From Treponemataceae bacterium (lineage in GTDB: Bacteria; Spirochaetota; Spirochaetia; Treponematales; Rectinemataceae), in contig CAXXVZ010000005.1 in assembly GCA_963678065.2 (NCBI GenBank), positions 608,001 to 672,000 on the forward strand: a stretch of DNA of 64,000 bases, written 5' to 3'. Below, in pieces: positions 16,507-26,601 of this stretch (position 1 is its first letter; every line of letters begins with the position of its first letter). The notes under the pieces are model-generated. The model was not told the origin of the DNA. It did no database searches and saw only the letters and a program-made list of their open reading frames with translations. A program made the position numbers and the translations under genes.

Positions 16507-18513
16507 TCACAGTAACCATGCATAGGGATCGAAACCAGGTTTCAGCTCGAGGAGCGTAGAATCTTTTATGTGAAAAAGCAATGAACCCGCGCGGTCGAAG
16601 CTGAGTTTTCGTCTGAACGAAGTCCCTCCGAGATTGATCTTGCACTCCATCTCCATGGCGACGGCTTCTTCCGCATAAGCCCAGCGCAGGGGATAACCGA
16701 CTCCGCGGGACGCGGGATGCGCGATGAAGAGGATGAACTCGTCCCCGTCCCTGCGCACCCAGAAGGGCGGAAGGCCCACCTTCGGCTTTCCGGGTTCGTC
16801 CGGAGAGGAGAGGATCGGAGCAAGGCCGCGCAGCCCGCCGAGAGAATTGCAGCATCCCGGGGAGGCGCCGAGCCGCGCGACAAGCTCCGCGAACTGCGGG
16901 TCCCGCTTCGTCCCCGGCTCGCGGGCTTCCCTTTTCAGGACGACGTGGACTCCCGCTTCGGCCAGCCTGAGGATATCGCGCAGGGTGTCTGAGTCGATGT
17001 ACTCCGAATCGACGTGGAGGGCTTCGAACTCGGCCCCGCCCACGCAAAATCCCGTTCCGCGGGGTTCTGCCCGCGCCAGGAAGGTCGAGTTGATCCAGAC
17101 CGCTCCGTAGGCGAGCGCTTCCACGGGCCGCGTCAGGTGCTGCATTTCCCAATAATGCTGCGCGCTCGGCTTTCTCCGTTCCGGCGGCAGCTCACCCGCC
17201 ATGAGGGAATCGGCGAAGGGATAGAGGCAGGCCACGCGGGCGTAGGTCCTTCCGCGTTTCAATTCGGCCGAGAGCGTCCCGAGGTAGCGGTTGAAATCCG
17301 CGAGCCCCGGTTCGAAGCGGGAATCCGGACCGACATGGACACCGGCATAGAAGTGATTGACCTCTCCTTGTATCTGGAAGGGCATGCCGTGCCAGACGAA
17401 GTGGTTTATTCCGCCTGCGAGCATGGCGTCGGCGGTGATTTTGAGATCGTCGAGGCGCTCTTCTCCCTCCCGGGGAGCGGGACCGGGGTAGGGATTCCAC
17501 CCGTAGAGGCAGGTGAAGGCCTCCGAACTGACGACCCTTTTCCCCGAAAGAAGGGCCGAGGAAGCGGCTATGGACCCGAATTCGGGATCGAAGAGGACGG
17601 CCTCGCTTTCCGGAACGTCGACCAAGGCGTAGGCATCCAGAAGATCGGCGGGCGCGCCGTGGCACTGGACGCGGGAAGCGGCTCCGAGTTTGTGGCACTC
17701 CTCGGTGAAGGGTCCGTAGAACTCGCGAAGGACATACTCGGACAGGAGCGCGCGGTAGTCGTAGCGGAGGTCGACATTGAGGTCGAGCCTGTCCATGAAA
17801 GGGAGGATATCGTAGCCGTAGCGGCGCCGGAAGGATTCTCCGAAGCCATCGGTCCAGAGCCCTTCCGTGTCGACTTCCCAGGAGTCGCAGAAAATGCACC
17901 CTGCGCCTGCGCCGGGGCCGCTCCCCTCCCCCGCGCATTCGGCCGCTGCAGGCCCGGCCGCCGCGGAGGCAGGTTCGAGGTCAGCGCGAACGGGTTCGTG
18001 CGCGGCAAAGGCGGGTTCGTGCGCCGGGACAAGGGCGGGGGCGAGGGCCCGCCCCATGATCCGGGCATAGGCGGCGAGGCTCTCGCGGGAGAGGTGATCG
18101 ATGATCCGGCCCGGCTTTCTCCCTTGGGCGAGTTCCCATGAGCGGCCCAGGCGCTGGGTCGAATAACCTTTCCAGGTCTTGGAAGAGTCCTTCTCCGCCA
18201 CGAAGGAACCGCCGAAGGGCCAGAGCGTGCCGAAGGTGAAGTCGCAGCCGATTCCGGCCATGTCGCAGGCGCGGCGGGCCCGGACGCAGAGTTCCGTCCA
18301 TTCCGGCGACAGAAAGGCGGGACCGGCCGGTTTTCCGGGGAAAGGGTAGACCCAGGCTATCTCGACGCCACCGAATCCTTCGGAGGCCGCCCAGCGGATC
18401 TGGCGATCTATGTCTTCCGGGTCGATCCGCATCGAGAACCACCACCAGCGGACATAAGGCCTCGGATCATGCTCCAGCTTGCTTGTAATTCCGAGAGGGT
18501 TTGGGGTCTCCAT
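16507..18513 (-). CDS. GH106-like glycoside hydrolase (putative alpha-L-rhamnosidase), cytoplasmic
   Basis: RPYVRWWW, GFGGVEI, WPFGG, FCDSWE, SSEAFT and GINHFVWHG motifs; no signal peptide. Confidence 0.78.
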   Translation of the reverse strand: METPNPLGITSKLEHDPRPYVRWWWFSMRIDPEDIDRQIRWAASEGFGGVEIAWVYPFPGKPAGPAFLSPEWTELCVRARRACDMAGIGCDFTFGTLWPFGGSFVAEKDSSKTWKGYSTQRLGRSWELAQGRKPGRIIDHLSRESLAAYARIMGRALAPALVPAHEPAFAAHEPVRADLEPASAAAGPAAAECAGEGSGPGAGAGCIFCDSWEVDTEGLWTDGFGESFRRRYGYDILPFMDRLDLNVDLRYDYRALLSEYVLREFYGPFTEECHKLGAASRVQCHGAPADLLDAYALVDVPESEAVLFDPEFGSIAASSALLSGKRVVSSEAFTCLYGWNPYPGPAPREGEERLDDLKITADAMLAGGINHFVWHGMPFQIQGEVNHFYAGVHVGPDSRFEPGLADFNRYLGTLSAELKRGRTYARVACLYPFADSLMAGELPPERRKPSAQHYWEMQHLTRPVEALAYGAVWINSTFLARAEPRGTGFCVGGAEFEALHVDSEYIDSDTLRDILRLAEAGVHVVLKREAREPGTKRDPQFAELVARLGASPGCCNSLGGLRGLAPILSSPDEPGKPKVGLPPFWVRRDGDEFILFIAHPASRGVGYPLRWAYAEEAVAMEMECKINLGGTSFRRKLSFDRAGSLLFHIKDSTLLELKPGFDPYAWLL

Positions 18514-18514
18514 C

Positions 18515-19414
18515 TTATTTGCCTTTCAATGTCGGGTCGAACGCGTCGCGAAGGCCATCGCCGAAAATGGAAGTCGCGAGGACGGTGAGAGCGAGGAAGA
18601 GCGTCGGAAATACCGGAAGATGCCAATAGTAGAAAATGTAGTACAGCCCGTCGGAGATCATCTGCCCCCAGGAGGGTATGGGCGGATTGATGCCGACACC
18701 GAGGAAGGAGAGCGAGGCTTCCAGCATCATCGCCTGCGGTATCGCGAGGACAAAGCCGACGATGATGGGAGAGATGCTGTTGGGAACGAGGTGATGGACA
18801 ATGATGTGGCGCGACCCCGCGCCCATTGCCCGGGCGGCCTGGACGAACTCCCTGTTCCGCACGCCGAGAACCTGGCCCCGGACAAGCCGCGCGACGCCGA
18901 CCCATCCGAAGGCGGACGAGATGACGATGATGTTGACGATCCCTCCTCCGAGGAGGCTCGCCGCGAGGATGGCGACGAGCAGCGGAGGAATCACGGAGAA
19001 CAGTTCGACGAGCCGGAGGATGAACCAGTCGGCGACGCCTCCGTAATACCCCGCGATGGCGCCGAGGGGCACGCCGACAAGGATGCTGATGAGGGCCGAG
19101 ACGAGGCCGATTCCGAGCGAGACGCGGGCTCCGTAGATGATCCTGGAGAAAAGGTCGCGGCCCACATTGTCGACGCCGAACCAGTGGGCGGCCGAAGGCA
19201 GGGCGAGACTTTCCGTGAGGTACTCCTGCGCGTCGTAGCGGGCCGGAGTGATGAGGGGCGCGCCGATGGCCGCCAGAATGAGAACGAGGAGGAGAATTCC
19301 GGACAGGACCGAGGCTTTGTTGTCGAGGAATCTTCTCCAGGAATAATACAGGGGATTGCGGACCTTTGCGGCCCGCGGGCGGGATGAAACCGCCGCGCCT
19401 GCGTTCGTGTCCAT
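18515..19414 (-). CDS. Opp/Dpp-type ABC permease (OppC-like)
   Basis: HWFGVDNVGRDLFSRIIYGARVSL, EFVQAARAMGA and FGDGLRDAFDP motifs. Confidence 0.93.
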   Translation of the reverse strand: MDTNAGAAVSSRPRAAKVRNPLYYSWRRFLDNKASVLSGILLLVLILAAIGAPLITPARYDAQEYLTESLALPSAAHWFGVDNVGRDLFSRIIYGARVSLGIGLVSALISILVGVPLGAIAGYYGGVADWFILRLVELFSVIPPLLVAILAASLLGGGIVNIIVISSAFGWVGVARLVRGQVLGVRNREFVQAARAMGAGSRHIIVHHLVPNSISPIIVGFVLAIPQAMMLEASLSFLGVGINPPIPSWGQMISDGLYYIFYYWHLPVFPTLFLALTVLATSIFGDGLRDAFDPTLKGK

Positions 19415-19415
19415 C

Positions 19416-20345
19416 TTATTCGATCCCCTTTATGCGCGAGCGCGGATTGAGGTAGTGGTAGGCGAGGTCCGTGATGATGTAGGCGACGCCGACCATGATG
19501 GTCAACAGAAGGATGAGGGCCATCTCGAGGGGATAGTCGCGTTTCTGGATGCTCGTGACGAAATAGCTTCCGAGCCCCGGCACGCGGAACATCTGTTCGA
19601 CGAAAATGGAACCCGTCGTTATGCCGATGAAGATAGGAAAAAAAATCGTGATCATCGGAATCGCGGCGTTCCTGAGGACATGCTTGAACAGGATGATCCT
19701 GAAGGGAAGCCCCTTCGCGAGAAGTACCGTCACGAATGGCTTGTTGAGCGCGTCGAGAACGGCGGAGCGGGTGTAGCGCGCGAAGATCGCGACGGGCCCG
19801 AGCGCGTAGGAAGCCACCGGCAGTATCCATTTTATCGGACTTCCCCAGCCGCTCGTGGGAAGCCATTTGAGCCACACGCCGAAGATGAGCATGAGCCCGA
19901 GACTGATGACATAGACGGGAATCGTGATGCCGATCGTCGAAATTCCCGAGGCTATGTAATCGATGGGCCTGTTGCGCCTGAGCGCAGCCGCCATGCCGAG
20001 GAGGATTCCAAGGGGCGTGCCGATCAGCATGCCCAAGCCTCCGAGCACGAAACTCGGCGGCCAGGCCCGGCCGAGCAGCTGCACCACGGTCTCGCCGGGA
20101 CTCTGGAAGGGAACGCCGAAATCGAAGCGCAGAACACTCTTCATGTAGCGGACATATTGCAGCGGGACGGGGCCGTCGAGCCCGTACTGTTTCATCAGCT
20201 TCGCCTTCGTCTCCTGCGAAAGCGGCATTTTGTCCTCGTCGAAGGGGCCGCCGGGGATGCTGCGCATGAGGGCGAAAATGACAATCGACACGACAATGAA
20301 TGTCACGATGAGGGAAGCCACCCTTTTAAGGATATAGTTCAGCAT
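19416..20345 (-). CDS. Opp/Dpp-type ABC permease (OppB-like)
   Basis: Start MLNYILKR at 20345 with GGAG RBS; IPGGPF, KHVLRNA and PGLG...RDYP motifs. Confidence 0.93.
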   Translation of the reverse strand: MLNYILKRVASLIVTFIVVSIVIFALMRSIPGGPFDEDKMPLSQETKAKLMKQYGLDGPVPLQYVRYMKSVLRFDFGVPFQSPGETVVQLLGRAWPPSFVLGGLGMLIGTPLGILLGMAAALRRNRPIDYIASGISTIGITIPVYVISLGLMLIFGVWLKWLPTSGWGSPIKWILPVASYALGPVAIFARYTRSAVLDALNKPFVTVLLAKGLPFRIILFKHVLRNAAIPMITIFFPIFIGITTGSIFVEQMFRVPGLGSYFVTSIQKRDYPLEMALILLLTIMVGVAYIITDLAYHYLNPRSRIKGIE

Positions 20346-21328
20346 CTCGACTCCTCCCCTGACCCGGGATACAGGCAGGCCGCGAAGTGTCCTCTCTCCA
20401 CTTCCACGCGCGCAGGTATAGCCTCGTCGCAGCCGCGGCCCCTGTGCGCGCAGCGCGGAAAGAAGGGGCATGCCTCGGCCTGCGCGTCCTTGAGGGATGC
20501 CTCCCCCCTGATGCGGCCGCGGGGCCGGCAGCGCGAAGGATCGGGAATGGGCACCGCGTCGAGCAGCGCGCGGGTGTAGGGGTGAGCCGGCCTTTTGAAG
20601 ACCGCCGCCGCGGGGCCGGATTCCATGACCCGTCCCAGGTACATCACCAGGATCGAGTCGCAGACATGCCTGACGACGCTGAGGTCGTGCGAAATGAAGA
20701 TCATGGAGAGCCCGCGCTGTTCCCGTATGTCGCGCAGGAGATTGATGATCTGCGCCTTGACCGAAACATCGAGGGCGCTCGTCGGCTCATCTGCGATGAG
20801 GATCTCGGGATCGAGGGCGAGGGACCGCGCGATCGCGACGCGCTGCCGCTGCCCGCCTGAAAGTTCATGCGGATAGCGCCGGACATAATCGCCCGAAAGC
20901 CCCACTGAATCCAGCAGTTTGGCCGACTCGGTCCGCTGTACATCCCTTCCGTGGATGCCGTGGATTTTCCAGGGCTCCGCGACGGCCTCCCCGAGCGTCA
21001 TCATCGGATCGAGGGAAGCGTAGGGATCCTGGAAGATCATCTGGATCTTCTTTCGGACCAGGGACAGATCCTTTCCGGAAAGGCCGGCCAGATCATTGCC
21101 CCGGTACGCGATCGTTCCGGATGTCGGTTCGAGAAGCCGCACGAGCATCGCGCCCGTCGTGGATTTCCCGCAGCCCGATTCGCCGACGATGCCGAGGGTT
21201 TCATTTTCTCCGAGATCGAAGGAAACGTCCCGCACCGCGTCGACTGTGCGCACCGCGGGTTTCCAGAACGGTCCCGAACGCGACACGAACCGCCGCGAGA
21301 GATTGCGCGCAAAGAGTATGGTCTTCAT
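20339..21328 (-). CDS. Opp-type ABC ATP-binding protein (OppF-like)
   Basis: GESGCGKS, LSGGQRQR, ADEPTSALD and C-terminal CPFFPRC; start MKTILF at 21328. Confidence 0.93.
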   Translation of the reverse strand: MKTILFARNLSRRFVSRSGPFWKPAVRTVDAVRDVSFDLGENETLGIVGESGCGKSTTGAMLVRLLEPTSGTIAYRGNDLAGLSGKDLSLVRKKIQMIFQDPYASLDPMMTLGEAVAEPWKIHGIHGRDVQRTESAKLLDSVGLSGDYVRRYPHELSGGQRQRVAIARSLALDPEILIADEPTSALDVSVKAQIINLLRDIREQRGLSMIFISHDLSVVRHVCDSILVMYLGRVMESGPAAAVFKRPAHPYTRALLDAVPIPDPSRCRPRGRIRGEASLKDAQAEACPFFPRCAHRGRGCDEAIPARVEVERGHFAACLYPGSGEESRC

Positions 21329-22293
21329 GCGAGCCTCCAGCAGCGCGCACTCCGGTCGGAGCCGATGGGCCGTTCTGCCGGCAATTCCGCCGCACAGCGG
21401 GAGTCCGCGAGCGGACAGCGGGGGTGGAATGGACATCCCGATGGCGGGTCCGAGGCGCTCGGAGAACCTCCCGGTATGCTGTAGAGGCGTTGGGAGGGAT
21501 CGGCGTCCGCGCGGGGAATGCTCGCGAGAAGGGCCTTCGTATAGGGATGGACCGGGTCGGCGAAAAGCTCGCGCACGCCGGAGTTTTCCATGACGAGGCC
21601 GCCGTACATGACGACGACGCGGTCGGTCGTCTCGGCTATTACGCCCATATCGTGCGTTATCATGACGAGGGCCGTTCCGCTGTCCTTCTGGAGGTCCTTG
21701 ATGAGGCCGAGGACCTGGGACTGGATGGTGACGTCGAGCGCCGTCGTCGGTTCGTCCGCTATGAGTATGCGCGGATTGCAGGAGATGGCCATGGCTATCA
21801 TCACGCGCTGGCGCATGCCTCCGGAAAGCTGGTGGGGATAGCACGCGAGGACGGAATGGGGATCCGGGATTTCGACCCGCGAAAGGAGTTCGGCGGACCT
21901 GAGCATGGCCGCCTTCTTCTGCATCCCGAGCTTGGCGACGAGAGTCTCGGCCAACTGGTTGCCGACCGTGAAGACGGGATCGAGACTCGTCATCGGTTCC
22001 TGGAAGATCATCGCCATGCCCGTGCCGCGCTGAGACTGGAGTTCCCTGCGCGAAAGCCGTGCAAGATCCCTGCCCGCGAATTCGAGTTTCCGGGCTTCGA
22101 TGCGTGCGAAAGGCGTTGGGAGCAAGCCCATGAGAGCCTGGGAAGTCACGCTTTTGCCGGAGCCGGATTCGCCGACAATGCCGAGGCTCATGCCCTCGTC
22201 GAGATGGAATCCAACTCCCCGCACCGCGTACGCGTCGCCATCCTTGCCGCGGAACGTCACCCGCAGATCGTCAACTTCGAGAAGTCGGGCCAT
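21325..22293 (-). CDS. Opp-type ABC ATP-binding protein (OppD-like)
   Basis: GESGSGKS, LSGGMRQR and GCPFHPRC motifs. Confidence 0.94.
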   Translation of the reverse strand: MARLLEVDDLRVTFRGKDGDAYAVRGVGFHLDEGMSLGIVGESGSGKSVTSQALMGLLPTPFARIEARKLEFAGRDLARLSRRELQSQRGTGMAMIFQEPMTSLDPVFTVGNQLAETLVAKLGMQKKAAMLRSAELLSRVEIPDPHSVLACYPHQLSGGMRQRVMIAMAISCNPRILIADEPTTALDVTIQSQVLGLIKDLQKDSGTALVMITHDMGVIAETTDRVVVMYGGLVMENSGVRELFADPVHPYTKALLASIPRADADPSQRLYSIPGGSPSASDPPSGCPFHPRCPLADSRCAAELPAERPIGSDRSARCWRLA

Positions 22294-22366
22294 GGAACCT
22301 CCACATCATTTCCCGGAAAGGCGGGCTGCCCGCGCGTGGCGGACAGCCCGCGAAAGAGAGCGGTTT

Positions 22367-23965
22367 TTACTTGATTTCGATGCTGCAGTAGGTGTAGGGC
22401 GTCATGACGGGGGTGAATCCGTACTTGTTCGGTTCGGCACCCTCTCCCTTCAGGCGCGGACTGAAGAGGTTGTTTTCCTTGGCATGGACGAGGTAGGTCG
22501 CCGCGGCTTCGTCGACGATGATCTGCTCGGCCTGGCGGTACAGGGGAGCGCGCTTGGACCATTCATTCGTCGCGTCGGCTTTCTTTACAAGTTCGTCGTA
22601 CTTCGCGTTGACCCAGCTGTGCCTTCCTCCGGAGAGGAACATGTCGTAGAAATTGGAGGCGTCGATATAGTCGTAAAGGTAGGGGGCGATGAAGAGCTTG
22701 CCTTCGCGCTTCGTGAGCGCGTCCATCCAGGACTTGAGCTCGAGGCCCTTCACGGCGACATCGATTCCGAGAACGGACTTGAGCTGGGCCTGGATAAACT
22801 CCGCCATCGGCTTGACGATGGGCGCGTGGTATCCGCCCTCGATCCTCCAGAGAAGCTCGACCTTGGGGAAGCCCTTGCCGCCCGGATACCCCGCCTTGGC
22901 GAGGTAGTCGCGCGCTTTCGCTGCGTCGAATCCTGTCTGTGCCTTGATCTCTGGATTGAAGCCTGAGAAGCCGGGGGTTGTGAGCGTATACGCCGGGGCC
23001 GCCACATCCTTCAGGATCGTCGAGGTGAGCTTCTCGCGGTCGAAGGCATACATGAAAGCCTTGCGGACATTGACATCGTTGAAAGGCGCGGTCGTGAAGT
23101 CGAAGGTGAGGTAGTAGATCTGGAATAGAGCGTTGGATTTGACATCGTTCGGGAATTTCTTCCGCGCATAGGCCATCTGGCCGACATTGAGAGGGGTGAT
23201 GTCGATGTCGCCGGCGAGGTAGGCAGGGAAGCCGACTTCGGGGTTGGCGAGCTGGGGATAGAACATGATCTTGTCGATCTTGCCCGGCCAGGGAGCCTTG
23301 TAGTTCGGATTTTTCACGAGCTCGATGCTCTCGTTGAGGGTCCACTTGGAGAGCTTGTACGGCCCTGAGGAAAGCATCGTTTCGGCCTTGGTCGCGTATT
23401 CGTCGCCGTACTTTTCGACCGCGCTCTTGGGAACCGCCCACCAATAGGCGCAGATATCGGGGAAATAGGGCTTCGGGGAATCGGTCGTCACCTGGATGGT
23501 CCGGGCGTCCAGGGCCTTCACCCCGAGACTCTCCAGGCCGAGTTCGCCTTTTTCTACCTTGGTCCAGTTTTTCACGCCGCCGGCCCAGCTCCAGAACCAG
23601 GAAAAGTCATATCCGCTTTTTACGGCACGCTGGAGTCCGAAGACGAAATCGTCGGCCGTGAGCGGCTTGCCGTCCGACCAGAGGAGGCCGGGCCTGAGCT
23701 TTATCGTCCACACGAGGCCATCGTCCGACACCGACCAGCTTTCCGCCGCGATGGGATGCAGCTCGAAGTTCTTGTCGTAGGCGGAGATGGGGATCTGGAT
23801 GAGATCCGGCTGTCCCGCCCTGTTGTAAATCGTCTTCATCATGTCCATGTAGGTACCGCCGAACCCGACCGCCGCGTTGAGCACGGATTCCTTCGGTCCC
23901 GCGGCGAACGCGAGCGTCGCAACCAAAAGCAGCGCAAGGACCATGAAAAGCTTTCTCATTGTCAT
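22367..23965 (-). CDS. Family-5 (Opp-type) ABC substrate-binding protein, probably for oligosaccharides
   Basis: Signal peptide; AESWSVSDDG, WSDGKPLTADDF, SSGPY and AGYPGGKGFP motifs; same operon as the GH106-like gene. Confidence 0.9.
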   Translation of the reverse strand: MTMRKLFMVLALLLVATLAFAAGPKESVLNAAVGFGGTYMDMMKTIYNRAGQPDLIQIPISAYDKNFELHPIAAESWSVSDDGLVWTIKLRPGLLWSDGKPLTADDFVFGLQRAVKSGYDFSWFWSWAGGVKNWTKVEKGELGLESLGVKALDARTIQVTTDSPKPYFPDICAYWWAVPKSAVEKYGDEYATKAETMLSSGPYKLSKWTLNESIELVKNPNYKAPWPGKIDKIMFYPQLANPEVGFPAYLAGDIDITPLNVGQMAYARKKFPNDVKSNALFQIYYLTFDFTTAPFNDVNVRKAFMYAFDREKLTSTILKDVAAPAYTLTTPGFSGFNPEIKAQTGFDAAKARDYLAKAGYPGGKGFPKVELLWRIEGGYHAPIVKPMAEFIQAQLKSVLGIDVAVKGLELKSWMDALTKREGKLFIAPYLYDYIDASNFYDMFLSGGRHSWVNAKYDELVKKADATNEWSKRAPLYRQAEQIIVDEAAATYLVHAKENNLFSPRLKGEGAEPNKYGFTPVMTPYTYCSIEIK

Positions 23966-23997
23966 CCTCCTTTCCGTACATGGGCATCATACGATGC

Positions 23998-24025
23998 CGG
24001 CGAGGTTACCCGGGTAACCTCGCCG
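23998..24025. repeat. Perfect 28-bp palindrome in the 5' leader of the Opp operon
   Basis: CGGCGAGGTTACCC|GGGTAACCTCGCCG. Confidence 0.9.
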
Positions 24026-24031
24026 TTTTTC

Positions 24032-24061
24032 ATTGTAAATGCGCTTTATGGAATCTGTCAA
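24032..24061 (-). promoter_or_regulatory. Sigma70 promoter with an overlapping LacI-type operator
   Basis: Minus strand TTGACA-18 nt-TACAAT; the spacer contains TAAAGCGCATTT, a CG-centred LacI-like site. Confidence 0.68.
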
Positions 24062-24219
24062 ATTCTTTTTCGAGAGTCTTGGGCGAAAGCCGTCGCCGAG
24101 CACCGCACTTCAGGCGTCAAGACTGAAGGTAAAGCTCGCCTACCCTCCGGTGCGACGACACGACGGCGCGGACAAAATCCTCGCCCGGAACCCTCCCCGC
24201 GACGGGCCGCTCAAAAATG

Positions 24220-24537
24220 TCATTCCAGGTAAAACACTTCCTTGAGGGGGATACTCAGGGGCGAGGAGTCGGGATTGGTCTCCATAATGTCGGCCATATA
24301 GGACCACCAGCGCTGCACGATTTCCGTTGCGCCGAGGTCCTGGGATCCGCCCTCGCCGGATATTTTCTGACAGGCGAAGAGGGTGTCCGTCTCCTCATCC
24401 AGGAAGATCGAGTAATCCGACACGCCGCTTTCGCGGATGAGGGCAGCGAGCTCGGGCCAGATTTCATCGTGGCGCTTCTTGTATTCGGCCATGCAGCCGG
24501 GCTTGAGCATCATTTTGAAGGCGAATCGTTTCAGCAT
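24220..24537 (-). CDS. rhaM: L-rhamnose mutarotase (copy 2)
   Basis: EYKKRHDEIWPEL, DYSIFLDEET and RWWSYMADIMETNPD signatures. Confidence 0.94.
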   Translation of the reverse strand: MLKRFAFKMMLKPGCMAEYKKRHDEIWPELAALIRESGVSDYSIFLDEETDTLFACQKISGEGGSQDLGATEIVQRWWSYMADIMETNPDSSPLSIPLKEVFYLE

Positions 24538-24582
24538 CCATATTCTCCTTTTGTCGGGGCCTGTTCACATGCGGATGAACCC

Positions 24583-25575
24583 TCAGCAGGCCTTCCTGCG
24601 CGACAGCTTTTTCCTCTGTTCCAGCACGGCGAACACGATGAGCGCCACGATCAGCATGACACCCAGCGTGAAGTTGAAGATATTGCCACTGAAGTTGAGG
24701 AGGGTAAAGCCCTTTCGCAGGACGCCGATGATGAGAACGCCGATCAGGGTGCCCGCGACGCTTCCCACTCCGCCCGTGATCGAGGTTCCGCCGAGAACGA
24801 CGGCCGTTATCACCTGCAGGTTGAGGTCGTTGCCCATGCTGGTCTTGGCCGCCGAAAGCCGGCCGAGATAGATGAGAGAGGCGAAGGCGGCCATCAGTCC
24901 TGACAGAGTGTAGATCGACAACAGGACATTCTTCGTCCTGATTCCGGAGAACATGAGTGCATTTTCATTGTAGCCGATCCCCTTCAGGTTCCTGCCCAGC
25001 CTGCCCCGCGTATACAGAAGGTTGAAGAGAAAAAACAGGGCCAGGAGGTAGGTAAACTGGATGGGAACGATGCCGCCGAGCAGCGTCGTCGAGATTTTCT
25101 TGAACCCGTCCGGAAAGCCGGAGTAGGAATTCGTGCCGGCGATTATCATGGAGAGCCCGCGGAAGAGATTCATCGTGGCGAGGGTGGTGACGAGGGGCGG
25201 TATCCTGGTCCGCGAAATGATGAGCCCGTTGACCAGGCCGCAGAGGGTTCCGCAGGCGAGGGCGGCGAGGATGGCCAGAATGACGCTTCCGGATTGCGCG
25301 AAAACGGCGCCGAAGACGATGGCGGAGAGCTGGAGGTTGTAGCCCACAGAGAGATCGATGCCGCCCGTCGTGATGATGAAGGTCATCGCGAGGGCCATGA
25401 TTCCGATCTCGCCGATGATGGATGTCACGTCGAAGAGCACATCGGGATAGAAAAACACCGGTTCGATGAGGCCGAAGGCGATAATCAGGGCGACAAGGAG
25501 GACGGCGAGGGCGGACTGGTAAGTCATCCTGAATCGTCCACCGCTTCGGTTCCTGTTGTTGTTCGTCATGTTCAT
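24583..25575 (-). CDS. Monosaccharide ABC permease (RhaQ/LsrD-like)
   Basis: Start MNMTNN at 25575; GGIDLSVG and ITAVVLGGTSITGGVG motifs. Confidence 0.9.
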   Translation of the reverse strand: MNMTNNNRNRSGGRFRMTYQSALAVLLVALIIAFGLIEPVFFYPDVLFDVTSIIGEIGIMALAMTFIITTGGIDLSVGYNLQLSAIVFGAVFAQSGSVILAILAALACGTLCGLVNGLIISRTRIPPLVTTLATMNLFRGLSMIIAGTNSYSGFPDGFKKISTTLLGGIVPIQFTYLLALFFLFNLLYTRGRLGRNLKGIGYNENALMFSGIRTKNVLLSIYTLSGLMAAFASLIYLGRLSAAKTSMGNDLNLQVITAVVLGGTSITGGVGSVAGTLIGVLIIGVLRKGFTLLNFSGNIFNFTLGVMLIVALIVFAVLEQRKKLSRRKAC

Positions 25576-26585
25576 TTTCCTTGTCCCGCCCGCAGGCCGG
25601 TATGTGTACGCTTCCGTGCGCCGGAAGAGAGGCGGGCAATGCGCTTTCTGAGAGAGGCGAAGTCCGTGACCGTGATGAAGACGGCGATCAGAATGATTAT
25701 CCCCTGGAGAGCGAACTGGAAGTAATCCTGGAAGCCCAGGTAGATCATCGCGATGCTGAGGAGGTAGACGAGGACGGCCCCGAAAACAGAGCCCAGCAGG
25801 GTTCCGCTTCCGCCCATGATGCTCACCCCCCCGACGACAGCCGCGGCTATGAACACCATCTCCCGGCCCTGAAAAGCCGAAGGCATTATTTCGTTGGAAG
25901 TCGTCGCCTTGAGGATGCCGGCGATGCCAAGGAGGAGCCCCTCCACCACATAGACTGCGAGGACCGTCCTGTCGGGATCGATGCCCGCGTAGATGGCGGC
26001 CTGGCGGTTCCCGCCGACGGCATAGAGTCGCTTGCCGAATCGCGTGTTTTTCATCAGGTACATGAACACGGCGGCCACGACGAGGGCTATCACGAAGATG
26101 TAGGGCACAATGTCGAAGAAACGTCCGCGCCCGAGCCAGGTGAAGTTGTCCTTGAGGTTTTCTACCCAACCCGCGTTGGGCAGGAAGGTGGCGTAGAATC
26201 CGAGGTGGACCATGTTCATGGCGAGGGTCACGACGATGGAAGGGACCTTGAAGGTCACGCTCAGCCATCCGTTGAGACCTGCCAGGAACATCCCCATCAG
26301 AAGGCCTGCGGGGATGAAAATGAGCGGGGAGAGTCCCGACTTGGCCAGGGAACCCGCCACAAAAGCGACGAAGCCGAGTATCGTGCCCGCCGAAATGTCG
26401 ATGTTGCCCGTGATGATGACCAGCGAGAGGGCGATTGCTCCCACTATCATGGGGCTGACATCCAGCATCATGCTGTAGAGTCCGCTCTTGCTGTTGAAGT
26501 TGGTGGCCAGGGACAGGAACAGCATGAAGGCGACGACAATGGCGCCGAGCATGGATTCCCGTGATATGACGCGCTTTTTCTTCAT
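25572..26585 (-). CDS. Monosaccharide ABC permease (RhaP/LsrC-like)
   Basis: GNIDIS, GKRLYAVGGN and AAAVVGGVSIMGGSG motifs. Confidence 0.9.
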   Translation of the reverse strand: MKKKRVISRESMLGAIVVAFMLFLSLATNFNSKSGLYSMMLDVSPMIVGAIALSLVIITGNIDISAGTILGFVAFVAGSLAKSGLSPLIFIPAGLLMGMFLAGLNGWLSVTFKVPSIVVTLAMNMVHLGFYATFLPNAGWVENLKDNFTWLGRGRFFDIVPYIFVIALVVAAVFMYLMKNTRFGKRLYAVGGNRQAAIYAGIDPDRTVLAVYVVEGLLLGIAGILKATTSNEIMPSAFQGREMVFIAAAVVGGVSIMGGSGTLLGSVFGAVLVYLLSIAMIYLGFQDYFQFALQGIIILIAVFITVTDFASLRKRIARLSSGARKRTHTGLRAGQGK

Positions 26586-26601
26586 TATCCTTCTCCCGCC
26601 T

